Origin: Cyanophora paradoxa CCMP329
Taxonomy: Eukaryota > Plantae > Glaucophyta
DNA length: 64,000 nucleotides
NCBI GenBank assembly: GCA_004431415.1
Contig: QPMI01000005.1
Span: 310,001 to 374,000 of the forward strand
Direction of reading: 5' to 3'
The notes below the pieces were generated by a model that made no database searches, had not been told where the DNA came from, and saw nothing but the letters and a program-made list of their open reading frames with translations. Every line of letters starts with the position of its first letter. The first letter of the stretch is position 1. Shown here piece by piece: positions 12,707 through 25,796 of the stretch. The translations under genes were made by a program, and so were the position numbers.

Positions 12707-13645
12707 ATGGAGGAGCAGCCGGAGGCCAGCTCGTCGGCGCCGGAGTCAGAGCCGTGGACTTGGAGCCCAGAGAAGCCTTACCCTCCCGGATACTTCCCGA
12801 ACCTGCCCCCGCTGTTGCAGGGGAAGCGTGCGCCCCGCGCGCTCGCGCCGATGCCGGTTCAGCCTCCCGCCGCTCACGGCTCTCGGGTCGCGCGCAGAGC
12901 ACTCGGACAGCGACCGCATGCTCATGAAGGTGCGGGACTCGTGCGTCACGAAGGGCTTGCAGGCGGGCGTCTTCGGTGCGCGGGCAGCGCCGCAGATCGC
13001 TAGCTGCGGCCCTCCGACGCCGCCGCGCAGGCGGCCTCCTCGGGGCGGCGATAGGAACGGGCGTGGGAGTCTTCGGCGGCGTGCAAGAGGCGCTCTTCCC
13101 GAACCCCGACTACAACGATGTGCACCCGGACTTCAAGAAGCAGTACGAGCGCCTGAAGGCGATGACGCCGAAGGAGAAGGCCGTCCACGTGCTCCAAGTG
13201 CGCACTTCCGCTCGCCCGCGGCGAAGCCCGATCGCCCTGCGCCGCTTGCCGCGATCCGCCGCGAACCCGCGGTCCGCCACAGAGCACGCGGAGCAGCGCC
13301 ATGCAGTGGGGCAAGAACTTTGGGTACTTCGGAGGCGCTTACACGATCATGGACTGCGCTTTCCAGAAGGTCCCGCCCTTCGCACGCGAGATTCGATCCG
13401 CGAATTTGATCCGCGGCCGCAGGTCTTCGTTCGCAAGGACATCTACACGACGATGGGGGCCAGCTGCGTCACGGGCGCCGCCTTCGCGATCCCCAGTGCG
13501 CCGCTCCCCTCCCGTAGTCTCTCCGAATTCGATGCGAAGCGGCTTCGAATCCGCAGCGGGCCCCAAGAGCATGTGCGCGGCCTGCGCGGGCTTCACCGCC
13601 TTCTCCGTGATCATCGAGTACGTCCTCCACCGCGAGCACGATTGA
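12707..13645 (+). CDS. TIM22: Tim17/Tim22/Tim23 family mitochondrial translocase, Tim22-like; 6 exons
   Basis: Spliced product has DSCVTKGLQAGVFGGLLGAAIG...GKNFGYFGGAYTIMDCAFQK...RKDIYTTMGASCVTGAAFA..GPKSMCAACAGFTAFSVIIEY, matching the Tim22 GxxxG helices and Cys pattern. Confidence 0.85.
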
Positions 13646-14011
13646 GCATACGTACTTCGTACGTACATGCATCGGGCGCTAGCTTTCAAGTTGGTTTAGG
13701 GCCGTCAGCAGCTACAGCACGGTAGCTAGCTGGTCCCACCCCCCCTCCTCCCCTACCCTTCTTATCCTCCCTCCCCGCCTGAGCCTTCCACTTCCCTCCT
13801 TTCCTTCCAATTCCATCGCCACAGCCGCTTAGCAGCGAGGCCGTTCGTTGCAGCGCGTTTCAAGGCAGAAATCAAACGGATCGATATCGTTTCAAAAACC
13901 AGAAGGAATGGGCCGGGGCAGGAGCGTATAGGAAGAGGCGAAGGGGTAGGGGAGGGGGGCGGGGGGCGGGGGGCGGGGGGGAAAGACGGGTACGGGGAAG
14001 CGATGCGCGAT

Positions 14012-14895
14012 CTAGAAGACGGAATCGAACCCGGGCGCGTCCGCGTTCTGGCCCCGGGGTGGCGTCGCCCCCGACGTGAGGTCCTCCAAGTAGAACTTGG
14101 CGGTCTGTTTGCAATTAGATTAGATTAGATTAGATCGCCTTTTTAGATTAGTTCTTGCGGACCTGGGAGCGGATGAGCTTCTTGATGGCCCTGTAGGAGA
14201 GGGGGAGCTCCGCGAGGAGAAAGGCGGCGTAGAGGATGTTGATCGCCCGCTCGATCGGCGCCATCCGGGGCTGCGGGGGGAGGGGGAGAGAAGAAGTTGT
14301 AAGTTCCAGGGGTACGGGGACGGTTCAAAGCGGAGGGGGGGGGTACCTGGAAGTTGATGAAGAAGATGGTGAGGGGCATTTGGGTGAGGAGGGTCAGGAG
14401 GAAGTGCGCCGCCAGCTGCGGCACCTGTACCCGGCAGGGCGGGTGAGGTGGGGGGGGGGGGGGGGGGGGCGGGGTCGGGAGGCCGGGGGTGCGCGCCTTC
14501 TCTTGAAGATTGCCGGCGTACCCCAGATACAGGCGGCTTGCCTCCAGAAACGCCCAGGCAACGATCAGAATCGGCAGCACGTACCCCCACATGGAGCCCA
14601 CGTTCAGAGTCTCGACCTGGGCGCGTTCAGCTAGCCATGCGGCGGGAGGGTTGCGAGCACAGCGCACTTTGTAGGCCGCCATGATGCCTTGTAATATGAC
14701 CCAGCCGCAAGAGTAGTAGACGTTGTAATACAAGAACATCTGCAGAGGCAGGCGGGCGTTGATGCGACGGACGGGCGCGGGCAATGCTGCTCGCCGCACC
14801 TGCAGCCAGAGCGACGAGGCGATGTCCGTGTCTGCGGGTCGATTGGTCAGCCGAGCGGCTTGGCGCGGCACCGCCGCGCTGCGCACTGGCGACAT
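14012..14895 (-). CDS. TMEM17: TMEM17/TMEM216 family ciliary transition-zone membrane protein
   Basis: SSLWLQMFLYYNVYY...LEASRLYLGYAGNLQEKVPQLAAHFLLT signature; last exon TAKFYLEDL...DSVF*; start codon uncertain. Confidence 0.8.
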
Positions 14896-15399
14896 GGAAG
14901 CGGCGGGACGAGGGAGCGGGGGCGATAGCTTTGGACTGCGGATCGAGTGAGATGGATGCCGCGCGCTGCAGCGGCGGGCGTACATCGGGAAACAGCCTGT
15001 CGGAGACTTTCCTCAGCGCGTTGTCGACCGTGACTTCCAACCGAGAGCGCCGCAGCGAGTCGGCTGTCGTGCGCGGCCGCAGCCCGGCGGGGGCCGGGTT
15101 CACGTTCCTCCGGGCCGGAGTGAGCATCAAGCTAATGGCTCTGTGCGATTGGCCTGTTGCAGGCACGCCCGCGACGATCTGGGAAAGCCGACAACTTGAA
15201 ATCCGAGGCGCTCGCTCGCTCCACGCGGGCTCCGGAATGTGCCAGCTGCACGCGGAAGAGTCGTAGCTAACGGTGGGATGCTGGAGGATCGACTTCGAGC
15301 GCGGGAGCCTGGAAAAAAAGGCAAGGCAGCTGGGTACCGACGCGAAATCCGGCGGGCTTCGAAAACGCACTTCACGCATCGGAGGAGATATCGGAGGAT

Positions 15400-16602
15400 A
15401 TGGCGGTTCGCCGCGCCGCTTGCTTGCCTCGCGCCGGGGCTGACTCGCGCCGCAGACCGCGGACGCCCGCGAGCTGCTCCGTGCGAGCCTCTCGCAGCGC
15501 TCCGAGAAGATCGACAGCCCGCTCGTGAAGAACGGAAGCTGCGTGGTCTGCAAAGAGCCGATCAAGACACAGGCAGAATGGCTGGCGCACGCATCGAGCA
15601 GGGCGCATCGGCAGCGGATAGAAGCGCTACAGCAGAAGAAGGCTCAGATGCAGGCCAAGCAGGCGATGCCGCCTCCACCGGCGGCGAAGCAGGCGATGCC
15701 GCCTCCGCCTCCCCCAGCGAAGCGCAGCTCTCCAGAGGCCGGCCCGGCGTCCGATGGCAGCGACGCGAAGCGCAGTCGCGCAGCGCCGCCCAGTGCGGGG
15801 CTCTCTGTGTTGGCTGCGTACGAAGACGACGACGGTAGCGATGAGGAGGAGGACGAGGAGGACGAGGAGGCCGCAACGGCGCGATTGGCCTTCGAGATGG
15901 CAAAAGCGAGAGCCGCCGCGGCGGCCGCAGCGGCGGCGGAAGCAGCAGCGAAGCCCGCACCGGCCGCGCCGGGCAAACCAGCCCTCCCCGCGGGCTTCTT
16001 CGGTGCAAGCCCGCGCTCCGAGCTTCTAGGCCGCAAAGCTGAGGGCCGCATCGCGCCGCAGACGATAAGGAGGCGGACGCGCGGGCCCGGGGCGAGGAGA
16101 CGCCTGAGGAGCGCATGGCGAAGGAGCTCGCGGAGTTTCAGAAGGTCCGCGGTTCCAATCCGCCGAGGCGCCGTTCCTGACTCCGCGTACCCCGCAGGCG
16201 ATGCGCGGGGCGGAGCTGGAGGCTCAAGAGGTTCGGGAGGCGGATCTCGAGGAGGAGTGCGCCGCACCGCACCCCCTCCCCTCCCGCGGCCCTGTACCCC
16301 CACCCGCGCTCAATCGCGTACCCCCAGGTACGAGGAGCGGGAGGCGGACGAGGCGATCGAGCAAGAGCGACTGGCTTCCCAAGTGGACCGACTGAAGCAG
16401 AGCGCGGCGGAGCTGAAGGCCCGGCTCCAAGCTGCGCGCGACGCCAGGCCCGCCGTGGTTCGCGTACCCCGCCTTCCGCCGCCGCTGTACCCCTCCCGCC
16501 CCGTCGCCGATCGCGTACCCCACTCAGAGCGTGGGGGAGGAGGACCTGGAGGGGGAGGAGGATGCGGATGACCTGCTGGACTGGCGCAGGAAGCGCATTT
16601 AG
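15400..16602 (+). CDS. ZNF830: ZNF830/CCDC16-like zinc-finger spliceosome-associated protein
   Basis: MA|TADARELLR...KIDSPLVKNGSCVVCKEPIKTQAEWLAHASSRAH zinc finger, LPAGFF|DD motif, C-terminal DDLLDWRRKRI*. Confidence 0.8.
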
Positions 16603-16884
16603 ATTACCCCTGTCCTAAATTCGAGACGTGTACCCCTGTGGGTGGGCCATATATTCTAAGGGGTTCCTCGCATGGGCCGCAGGCGCAGGCGTAAGGCTGC
16701 CCCCCCCCCCCCCCCCCCCTACATGGCCACGTCGTCCCTGCCCCCCCGGCTTCCTCGAATCTATGATCTGAAGCTATCCCTTCTGGGTCGGTTAAACCAA
16801 GGGAGAGAGTGTAGAGCCCGAGCACTTGCAATTGATATTCACACAGAACTTGAAACACAAACGGAAAGGCCCCGCCTGACGCGG

Positions 16885-17599
16885 CTAGAGGGCGGCGCAG
16901 AACCCGAAGACCGAGAGCCTCGGAGCTCTCAGCCAGCGACCGTCGAAGCCGGGCCGTCGGCCCAAGGAGTCCAGGCCTTCGCGTTAGATCTAGAAGGCGG
17001 CGCAGAACCAGAAGACCGAGAGCTCTCGGGGGTCAGTTCAAACACGGTTAACGTTAGCGCTGCAAGATGCAGCAGGCATACGTATGCACGTGGGCGCGCC
17101 GGCGGGCCCTAGACCACCGCACGCGGGCGTTCTGCACGGTGGGGCGGGCGATGTACAGGATCCGCTGCAGGTCCGTCCGCGGCTCCTTCGCCTCCATGTG
17201 GTAGAATGGCGGCTCGACCCCGTGGTCCTGCGCGGTCGGGCCGCGGTCGGCGGAACGGCGGCGGGCGCGGGGCGGAGCGGAGCGGCGGTGGTCAGGCGCG
17301 CCTGCAGCATGCTCTTCTCCGCGACGAGGCTGAGGAGCGACGTGAGGGTCGGGTCGATGATCATGACCAGCGTCTTCTTGTCGCCGAACTGCGGGCCGCA
17401 GCGCCCGTCAGGACCGGTCATTCGCGCGGTTCACGCGGTGGGTGCGGCGTTCGCTCGCCATCGAGGATCCGCGCGAGCTCCCGCCGGACTGCGTGAGAGA
17501 GTGAGAAAGGGGCACGGGGCGGCGCCGGCGGGCCCTAGACCACCGCAGCTAAGCAGCGCGCACCGCGGGACCGAATGCGGTCGCTCGTCGTGCCCGCGG
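16885..17599 (-). pseudogene. Collapsed partial duplicate of the neighbouring VPS33 gene
   Basis: 17119-17599 closely matches 23215-23690 including introns but lacks the ATG and has a damaged donor; 16885-16906 and 16990-17010 resemble the VPS33 stop region (GFCAAL* vs EFRAAL*). Confidence 0.8.
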
Positions 17600-17827
17600 C
17601 AAGGCTCTGCGGCAGACTCACACATCTCCTGCCAGCACATGCACAGCTGCGAGCGCCACGCATCGGCCGCGTCGTAAGTATGCGTTCGCCCCGACTTGCC
17701 CGACTTACCGCGTCGTACGTATGCGTTCGCCCCGACCCGACTTGTGCTTGTGTACCCCTTGGCACGGGTTCGAAATCTTGGCGCGGGTTGCCGCCGCAAC
17801 TTGCTAGCGCAACTCTCCGCCGTGGCT

Positions 17828-19211
17828 ATGGCCAGGGGCCTCGGGTGGATTCCGGGGTCGCGGAAGCTAGACCTGCAGAGGCTCGGGCGCACGAAGTGGC
17901 CAGCGGCGGAGATCGAGGAGGCGGGACCGGAGAACATTCTCGAGCTTGACCTCAGCTACAATGTGCTCACGAGCATCCCGGGCGACGAGCTCGCCAAGCT
18001 GACGAATCTGGCAACGCTGCGATTACGGGGCAACCGTCTTACGGCGCTGCCGCCGGAGATCGGGCGCCTCGGCGCCCTGCAGCACCTTTGCCTGGACAGC
18101 AATCAGCTTACCGCGCTTCCGCCGGAGATCGGCCACCTCGCCGCCCTGGAGCAGCTGCGCGTGCGCATCAACCAGCTGACGGCGCTGCCGTCGGAGATCG
18201 GCCGCCTCGCAGCGCTGGAAGTCTTGGACGTCAGTCTCAACCAGCTGACTGCGCTGCCGCCGGAAGTCGGCCGCCTCGCCGTTCTGCAGCAGCTCTGGGT
18301 GAACGACAACCCCGCCGTGGAGTCGTGGCCCGAACCCGTCCGTTGTGCCGTCAATAAGGACACGCGCAATCGGAATGGTGGTCGTGAACAGTGCGCTGCC
18401 ATCGTGCCCTACCTCCGCTCCCTCGCCGCAGCCGCGCCCGCCGTGAGCCCCATCCCGCCTCGCCCTCCCCGCGCCCCGTCGGCGTCCCTCCCAGCGCCGG
18501 AGTCCGCTCCCCATACCTTACTCGCGCCGCAGCCTGCCGCGGCGTCGCGGCCCGCCCCGGCCCCACCTGCTCTCGGTGTGTGTATCCCCTCCAGTTCACG
18601 TTCTCCTTATCCGGATCCGGCCCTCCATCGCGAACTCGTTCTGCATGCGCAGCGGGGCCCGCTCCTCCCTTTCAGCTGGAGGAGGCTGAGGCCGAGCAGT
18701 TGGGGGCAGCGGCCCAGCAGCTGGGGGCAACCGTCCAGCAGCTGGGGGCGGTGGCCGAGCGGCTGCGGGTCCTCGCAAGCGAGCGCGCGGCGGCGGTGGC
18801 GGAGGCCGCGGCGCTCCGCGAGCGGCTGGCGCTCTACGAGGGCGAAAGCGCCGCCGCGCCGGGCGGCCGGCCCTGGAACGAGGCGGAGCTCGAGGCGGCG
18901 GCCGAGCGGCTGAAGGCCGCGACGCGGCGAGTGGAGGCGCTGCGGATCGAGGCGCGCGCCGCCGCCCGAATCCGCTTCCAGTGCACCGTGCGCCGCCCCG
19001 CGAGTTGAAGTTCAAGCCTAGGTCGCCGCCGCCGCCGATGCTGGGCCGGCAGATATGCCTGGAAGAGAAGGAGCGGGGGGAGCGGCGGGCGCTGAACCCC
19101 TGCGGGCACGTCGTCTGCGCGGCCTGCGCCCAGCAGCTCGCCGACGGGGCGAGGCGGGCGTGCCCCAAGTGCCGCCGGCCCTTCCAGGGCTTCATCCCCA
19201 TCTTCGAGTGA
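17828..19211 (+). CDS. LRR - Pro/Ala linker - coiled coil - C3HC4 RING protein (putative E3 ligase, LRSAM1-like architecture)
   Basis: 23-aa LxxLxLxxNxLTALPPEIGxL repeats in an intron-free first exon; spliced C-terminus CT|ICLEE..NPCGHVVCAACA..CPKCR..PIFE*. Confidence 0.85.
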
Positions 19212-19743
19212 GCGGGGCGGCTTCCTGTGGGCTGTAGGCCCTGGCGCCCGCGCCCCAAAACCTAGATTGCTTTTTTCGCGTTTTTGCTTTTTTCCCTTGA
19301 GCTTGAGGGCGGTGCGGTCAGCATCAGTTCACAATGAACCTGCTATGCATGTGAACGGCACCACACGACATGCAGTGCAGGGCGCGGGCTGCAGCTAGCT
19401 TCCACTGGGATAGTAACTTGCAAGCCGTGGGCTTTTTCTTCTCTCGTTCAGAGGGCGGTGCAGGCAGCACCAGATCTAGATGACACGCCGCAGTGCCATG
19501 CAGGGCGCGAGCTCGCGGCCCGCCGGGCCGCTTCGCCTCGCCGCCCCGCGCGCCTCAGAGGGTGGCGCGGGCAGCACCAGAGGGTGGCGCGGGGCAGCAC
19601 CGGTGGCGCGGGGGTAGCTAGCAGTGGGGAGGGCGCGGGGAGGGGCTTAGAGGGCGGCGACGACAATTTGCAGGACGACAAGGGCGCGAGCTTCAGCTAC
19701 AGTTAGCTCTAGGTTCTCCTCGCGCCACGCCGCCGCGCCGGCC

Positions 19744-22700
19744 TCAGAGGGCGGCGCGGAACTCGTGTGCGGCGAGCTCGGGGGCGTGTCCGAAGCGCTC
19801 CAGGAAGGCCCCCACGAAGGCCGGCCCGCTGTACCCCGTCAGGGGGGACGGGGGGCGGGGGGGGGGGGGGGGGGGGGGGAACAGGCGGCTCGCCCGAGGA
19901 CGCAGGTGGCGAGGACGACGAGGCGGACGCCGGCGCGCCGCGCCACCAGCCGCAGCGCCGCCACCTGCCGCGGCGCGCGCGCTTGAGTGAGGGGCGGCGC
20001 GGAGCGCTCTGTTGTATGTTAACCGGCTCCGCTCGCTTGCTCGCTTGCGTGCGGGCGTCAGAGGCGGCGCAGAAAGCTGTGCACTCTCTCGCGCGCTCGC
20101 TCGCTCGCTCGTCCCCCGGGGTCTCAGGGCCTCATCGGCTAACGGAATATGTTTACCGGCCCCTCTCGCTCGCTCGCTCGCTCGCGGCCGCCCGCCCTCC
20201 GCGCACCTCGCGCCCACCCTCCTGCCCCCCCACTCCTCACCTCCCCCCCCACCTCCCCCCCCGCACCTCGCCGAGGGTGACGCCGCCGACGAAGACGACC
20301 AGCGCGGCGCGCCTGGCGGCCGAGGAGGAGAGGGCGGCCGGCGGGGCGTCCGGGGCCGGCGGGAGCTCGACGGAGGGCCCGGGGAGCAGCCCCAGGGCCG
20401 ACTCGAGGGCCGGCGGCGCCGCCCGCCACGTCGGCGGCCGGCACTTCAGCGCCTCCTCCACCAGCCGCACGCTCACCGGCGCGTACCTGCGCTGTATCGT
20501 TAGACTGGGTGGGGCTATTTTTGGAGTGGAACGGCGTACCCCGAGTGGACGTAGGAGGCGTCGGTCGGGTTCGCCTCGTCGGTTATCTCGGACGTGAGCC
20601 GCAGCTGCGGGGCGGAGAGGGGAGGCGGGGAAGCGTGAGGGGTACGGCATCTCTTCCGGCGTGGACAGGGGGCGGGGGGAACGGACGAGCTTGCGGAGGG
20701 CGGGCCACGGGGAGCGCGTGCCCGGGTGCCGGACCAAGAGCCCCGCCTGGGGGGTACACGCTCGAAAAGGAGCGGAACGAGGCGTCGCGGCGTTGCGCGG
20801 GGTACCTTTTCCGCGTTCTTGAGGCTCAGCACGCACTCCAGCCCGTACGTCTGCGGCGGAGGGCGGGGGTATGCGTCTCTCTCGAGTCTCGGGGAGGGGT
20901 ACGTGGGAGAGGGGGGGGACGGGGCGCACGAGGTAGAACTCGTAGCGGACGGCGTCGAACTGCTTCGGCTTGAGGCCGCCCTGCGTCACTGGGCGCGCGG
21001 GGGCGTGGGCGCGCGAGCGGGGCACGAAGTGCTTAGGCGGGGGAGGTGGGAGAAGAGGGGGCCGCCTCTCGCTCTTAGAGCTTATCTTGTGGCTCCTTTA
21101 GCCTCCTAAATCGCACATCATTTTATCTTTGAGCTTTAGCTTATCTCCGAGCTCTTCTAGCTTCCTAATCGTATATCATTTCGTGTTCGGTACCAGAAGG
21201 GGCGGGGGGGGGGGGGAGCAGGGGGGGGGGGGCGCACGGGAGCAGAGGGCGGCGTAGCGGAGGGCGGAGGGGAACGGTCGCCCGTCCGCGAGGATCTCCT
21301 CCAGGTACCCCAGCGCCGCCGCCTCCTCCCCCTGCCGCTCAGGTGAGGAGCTCGGGGCCCGGGCGCCCTCTCCCGGGGAGATCTTTCTTTCCTCTTCTCC
21401 CACCCCTTCCCTTCCCTTCCCTTTCTTATCCCCCACTCTACCCCCCCCCCTCCCCCCCTCCAGCTCGCACCTGGACGGCGTCGAGCTCGGCGGCGAGGCG
21501 GAGCTGGAAGCGGCGCGAGGCCGTCAGCTGCCCCAGCTTCCCCGCCACGTGCGTGTCTGCCCCCGCGCCCCGCCCCGCCCTCAGCGTCCAGCGGAGCGGG
21601 GGGATGGGGAGGGGGGTACGCGCACGGAGCTCGAGGGCCTTGTGCTGCTGCTGGGCGCTGGGGAGCCGCTTGATGTAGTCCCTCATCGCCGTCAGCGTCG
21701 CCGCCGAGTGTCGCTCCTGCGCGGGCGGCGCCTGAGGGGCGAGGGGCGGGGGAAAGTGCGGAAGGGAGCGCCCGGGGGGTACCTCGTAGACTTCCTTGAG
21801 GGAGCGCGCGCGGGCGTTCAGCGCCGGGCCCACAGCGACGAAGCTCACGTCCCGCAGCTGCGAACGAAGCTCAGGTGAGGTGGGGGGGGGAAGGGGAGGG
21901 AGGGGTACCTCGCCGTGGAGCGTGCCCGCCGCGCCGCCCGCCGCCGAAGCGCCCATCAGCGCAACCTGCGATCCGGCGGGTCAGCGAGGGAAAGAAGAGA
22001 AGCCGCGGGGGAGGGGGCTACGCGCCTTGATGCGGCGATGCTTGGCTTCGGGCGCCGGCGCCTGCCCCGGCTGGCCCCCCGCCGGCGGCGGCGGCCCCGG
22101 TACCCCCGCCGCCTCCGCCCCCACCTCGACCGCCCCCGCCGAGAGCCCGCAGCACTCGTCTATGAGCGCCTGGGGGTACGCGTCGCGAGGGGCGTGCGTC
22201 AGGAAGGGGTGAGGTACGGCGGACCTCGTACGACATCGGCGTGACGAGAGGGGTTACGAAATCCACCGCGCGATCCAGGATGAGCGCCTGGGGGGTACGC
22301 CCTCACGGAAGGGAGGTCGAGGGGGGACGCGGTTCGAACCTGATCAAGGTCGCTGGGCTTGCTCGCCTCGTCCCCCGCCTCGCCCTTGCGAGCCGCCTCG
22401 GCCTGGGCGGGGGACGCGGTTCGGGGAGGGGGTACAGGGTTCCGGAGGGGGGTACGGGCTCACCTCCTCTTCGGAAAGGAAGCGGGGGCGGGGGGCGGCG
22501 AATAGGGCGGCGAGGGAGGGGGAGAGGGGCTGGGGGGGTGCGGCCGCCGGCGCGAAGGGGAACGAGAAGCGCGCGGCGGCGCTGGCGCGGGCCCGCTCCC
22601 TCTCGTACCCCCGCTCCACGCGGTACCCCGCCCAGAGATCGGCCACGATCTGCGGGGAAGGGTCGGCCGCCCGGTCGCCCGCGGATCGAATCCGGACGAA

Positions 22701-23703
22701 GGCTCGCCTTCGCGCGCTCGCCCTTGCCCCGGACGGCGGGTACAGGGCCGAACACGTCCTCGAGAGCCATTAGAGCCTCCGCGACGAACACGCAGCTCGA
22801 TTGGTCGCCGTCCTGCACGGCGCGGTCGTTACGGGGGTAGCGAACCGGAGAGCGAAAAGGGGGGGTACCAGGAAGAGCTCGCGGGTCCACTCGACGCTGT
22901 GCTCAAGCGAGATCAGGTCGTCCGTGTAGGGGACCATCAGCTGCCACCGGTACGTCGCCACGTCTGCGGCGGGCGGATCGACTGGAGCGCGGGGTACGGG
23001 ATTGAAGGGGGGTACGGCGCACCGCAGGAGACGCCCTCGTCCTCGAAGATCTGCTCGCAGAGGGGCGTGGCGCGCGGCACGAACGCGACGGCGTAGCTCT
23101 TCGCGAGGCCTTCCGCGTTGTGCACCTTCACGTGCTCCGCGATCATCTGCGCGCCGCGCCCCGCGGCAGGCTGTCAAAAAGTTTGGCACCGTAGAGGACA
23201 GGATTCGCTGGCGCGCACGCGGGCGTTCTGGACGGTGGGGCGGGCGATGTACAGGATCCGCTGCAGGTCCGTCCGCGGCTCCTTCGTCTCCATGTGGTAG
23301 AATGGCGGCTCGACCCCGTGGTCCTGCGCGGTCGGGCCGCGGTCGGCGGAACGGCGGCGGGCGCGGAGCGGAGCGGAGCGGCGAGGGTCAGTGCACACCT
23401 GCAGCATGCTCTTCTCCGCGACGAGGCTGAGGAGCGACGTGAGGGTCGGATCGATGACCAGCGTCTTCTTGTCGCCGAACTGCGGGCCGCGGCGCACGTC
23501 AGGACCGGTCATTCGCGCGGTTCACGCGGTGGGTGCGGCGTTCGCACGTCATCGAGGATCCGCGCGAGCTCCCGCCGGACTGCATGAGAGCGTGAGAGAG
23601 GGGCACGGGGCGGCGCCGGCGGGCCCGAGGCTATCGCAGCTAAGCAGCGCGCACCGCGTGACCGAATGCGGTCGCTCGTCGTGCCCGCGGAGGAGCCGCT
23701 CAT
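19744..23703 (-). CDS. VPS33: Vps33 (Sec1/Munc18 family; HOPS/CORVET)
   Basis: Spliced N-terminus RRELARILDDFGDKKTLVIDPTLTSLLSLV; FVPRATPLCEQIFEDEGV; DDLISLE; LILDRAVDFVTPLVTPMSYE; QGGLKPKQFDAVRYEF; LVVFVGGVTLGE. Confidence 0.9.
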
Positions 23704-23735
23704 TTTTTGCCGGACAGGGTACAGCTGTCGTGAGG

Positions 23736-25796
23736 ATGGCGGCAAGCGCGTTTCAGCTCACCGCCGCGGCCCCCGCCGCGCCCAGCCGCGTGCACGCGGG
23801 CCACGCCTTTAAACTGCATACCGCCTGCTGTAGCACGGCCGCCCCTGCGGCGCGTCAAGCCCAGCCGCTCGTCCGCCCTAGCTTCCTCGGCCAGTGGTCC
23901 TTCCAGGCCGACCGCTTCATCCTGCAGCAAAGGACGCGCGCTCTTCCCCCGGCGATTGGCGCCGGCGGCGTGGCCGGCTTGCGGGCTCAGGCGAACGAGG
24001 TGGTCGTCGCGGACTCGGACTGCGCGCTGGACCCCGTGATGGCCGAGGGCGTCCAGATTGTCGAGTACGCGGACCTGCTCGCCGGGCGGGACATCACGGA
24101 ACAGATCCGCCTCGCGTACGGCGAGGGCGGCCTCGGGGTGCGCGGCGCGCTGCTCCCGGGGAGCCGCCGAGCTCAAGGGAGCGCTTTCGCAGATCCTGCT
24201 CGTGCGGGGCATCCCCGGCTTCTCGGAGAAGCGGAGCCGCCTCCTGCCGCTGGCCCGCGACCTCGCGCGGCTCCCGCAGGGAGACTTGGACGCGCTGGAG
24301 CGCCCGGAGTTCAAGTACTCCATCGGCTGGTCGCACGGGAAGGAGCGCCTCGAGGGCGGCGTGCGTCCTTGAAACGTTCCCGCCTTCTTGATTCCGCTCG
24401 ACTCCGCGCGCGCTCCCGTCCGCGCCGCGGCTGACGCGTTTCCCGCCAGCGGCTGGACACGGCGAAGGGGAGCTTCTACGCGAATCCGATCAGCGACGAG
24501 CCTGCGCACGACGCGGACGCGGCGACCGTCGCGCGGCACATCGATCAATTCGCGGCGAACGTGTGGCCCCGGAGCTCGCTCCCCGACCTCGAGGCAGCGT
24601 TCAAGGACGCCGGGGGCACGCTGGTTCGTTCGTTTGCCAAGCCCCGCCCGCGGATCAAATGTGGACCCGCTGACCTTCGTTCGCGAAGGTCGAGGTGGGG
24701 CGCCTGATCCTGGCGGCCGCGGACGGGTACGTGCGCCGGGAGATGGGCGCGGCCTACGAGCCGGGCCGCCTCGCGCGGGCCGTCTCGCACCGCGAGTGCG
24801 CCATGGGCCGCCTACGTGCGCTTGTACCCCCTCGAATTCCGAGCCAGTCGAATCCTGATTTGATCCGCAGTGCACTACTTCCCGAGGAGCCGTGAGGAAC
24901 TCGAGAGCGGCGCCGCGGCTGGGCGCTGGTGCGGATGGTGCGCCGTACCTCCCATCCCGCAACACGCCGCGTACCCCTCCCTCCACTCATTCCCCCCAGG
25001 CACACCGACCACAGCGCCATCACGGGACTCTACTCGGTGCGCTTGCCGTACCCCCCGCTCGGGGCCCGCCCCCTCACCATCCCTGTTCACCCCCCCCTAC
25101 CCCCTTCCGGTCCCGCCCAGGCCCTATTTTTGGACCCCGAGGGCCGCCCCGTACCCTGCCCCGACCCCTCCGCCGGCCTCTACATTCGAAACCGCGCGGG
25201 TGAGGTCGTGAAGGTCCGTACCCTGTACACCTCCGTCCCTTTCCTTCCTTCCGATGCGATACCCCCGCAGGTCGCCATCCCTCCGGACATGGCCGCGTTC
25301 CAGGTTCGAATCCGACGGGGACCCTTTTCCAGTCCTTCGCGGCTCAGATCCCGCTCAGATCGGGGAGAGTGCCCAAGTCCTCAGCGGCGGCGCCCTCCGC
25401 GCCACGCCCCACTGCGTTCAGGTACCTTCCACCCAGTACCGTGTACCCCCTCTGCATCTTCTTTCTAACGGGGTACAGGGCCCGTCAACCGTCGAGTGCG
25501 CCGGCATCTCCCGCAACACGCTCGCTGTCTTCGTCCAGGTAAGGAGGGTACATGATTTCCTTGACCAGAGGCGGCCACTTGACCGGCACCCCGCAGCCGC
25601 GATGGAACGAGCCGATGTCTGCGCCGGATGGGATCGACGCGCGGTCCGCGCCCCCTACCCCCGCCCGCATCTTCACTACCCCAACGCGCCGCCGTCTGAT
25701 CTGAGGCCCTGCAGGGCGGTGCGGGTGGGGGCCTGGCGACCGGGCCAGAGTTTCGTAGAGTTCGCGCACGCGACGGTCATGAACGGGTACGGCTAG
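23736..25796 (+). CDS. 2-oxoglutarate/Fe(II)-dependent dioxygenase with probable plastid transit peptide
   Basis: SIGWSHGKERLEG, KGSFYANP, WCGWHTDHSAITGL (HxD), LRATPHCVQ (distal His), RNTLAVF; N-terminal about 85 aa MAASAFQL...PSFLG is Ala/Ser/Arg-rich with almost no acidic residues. Confidence 0.85.
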
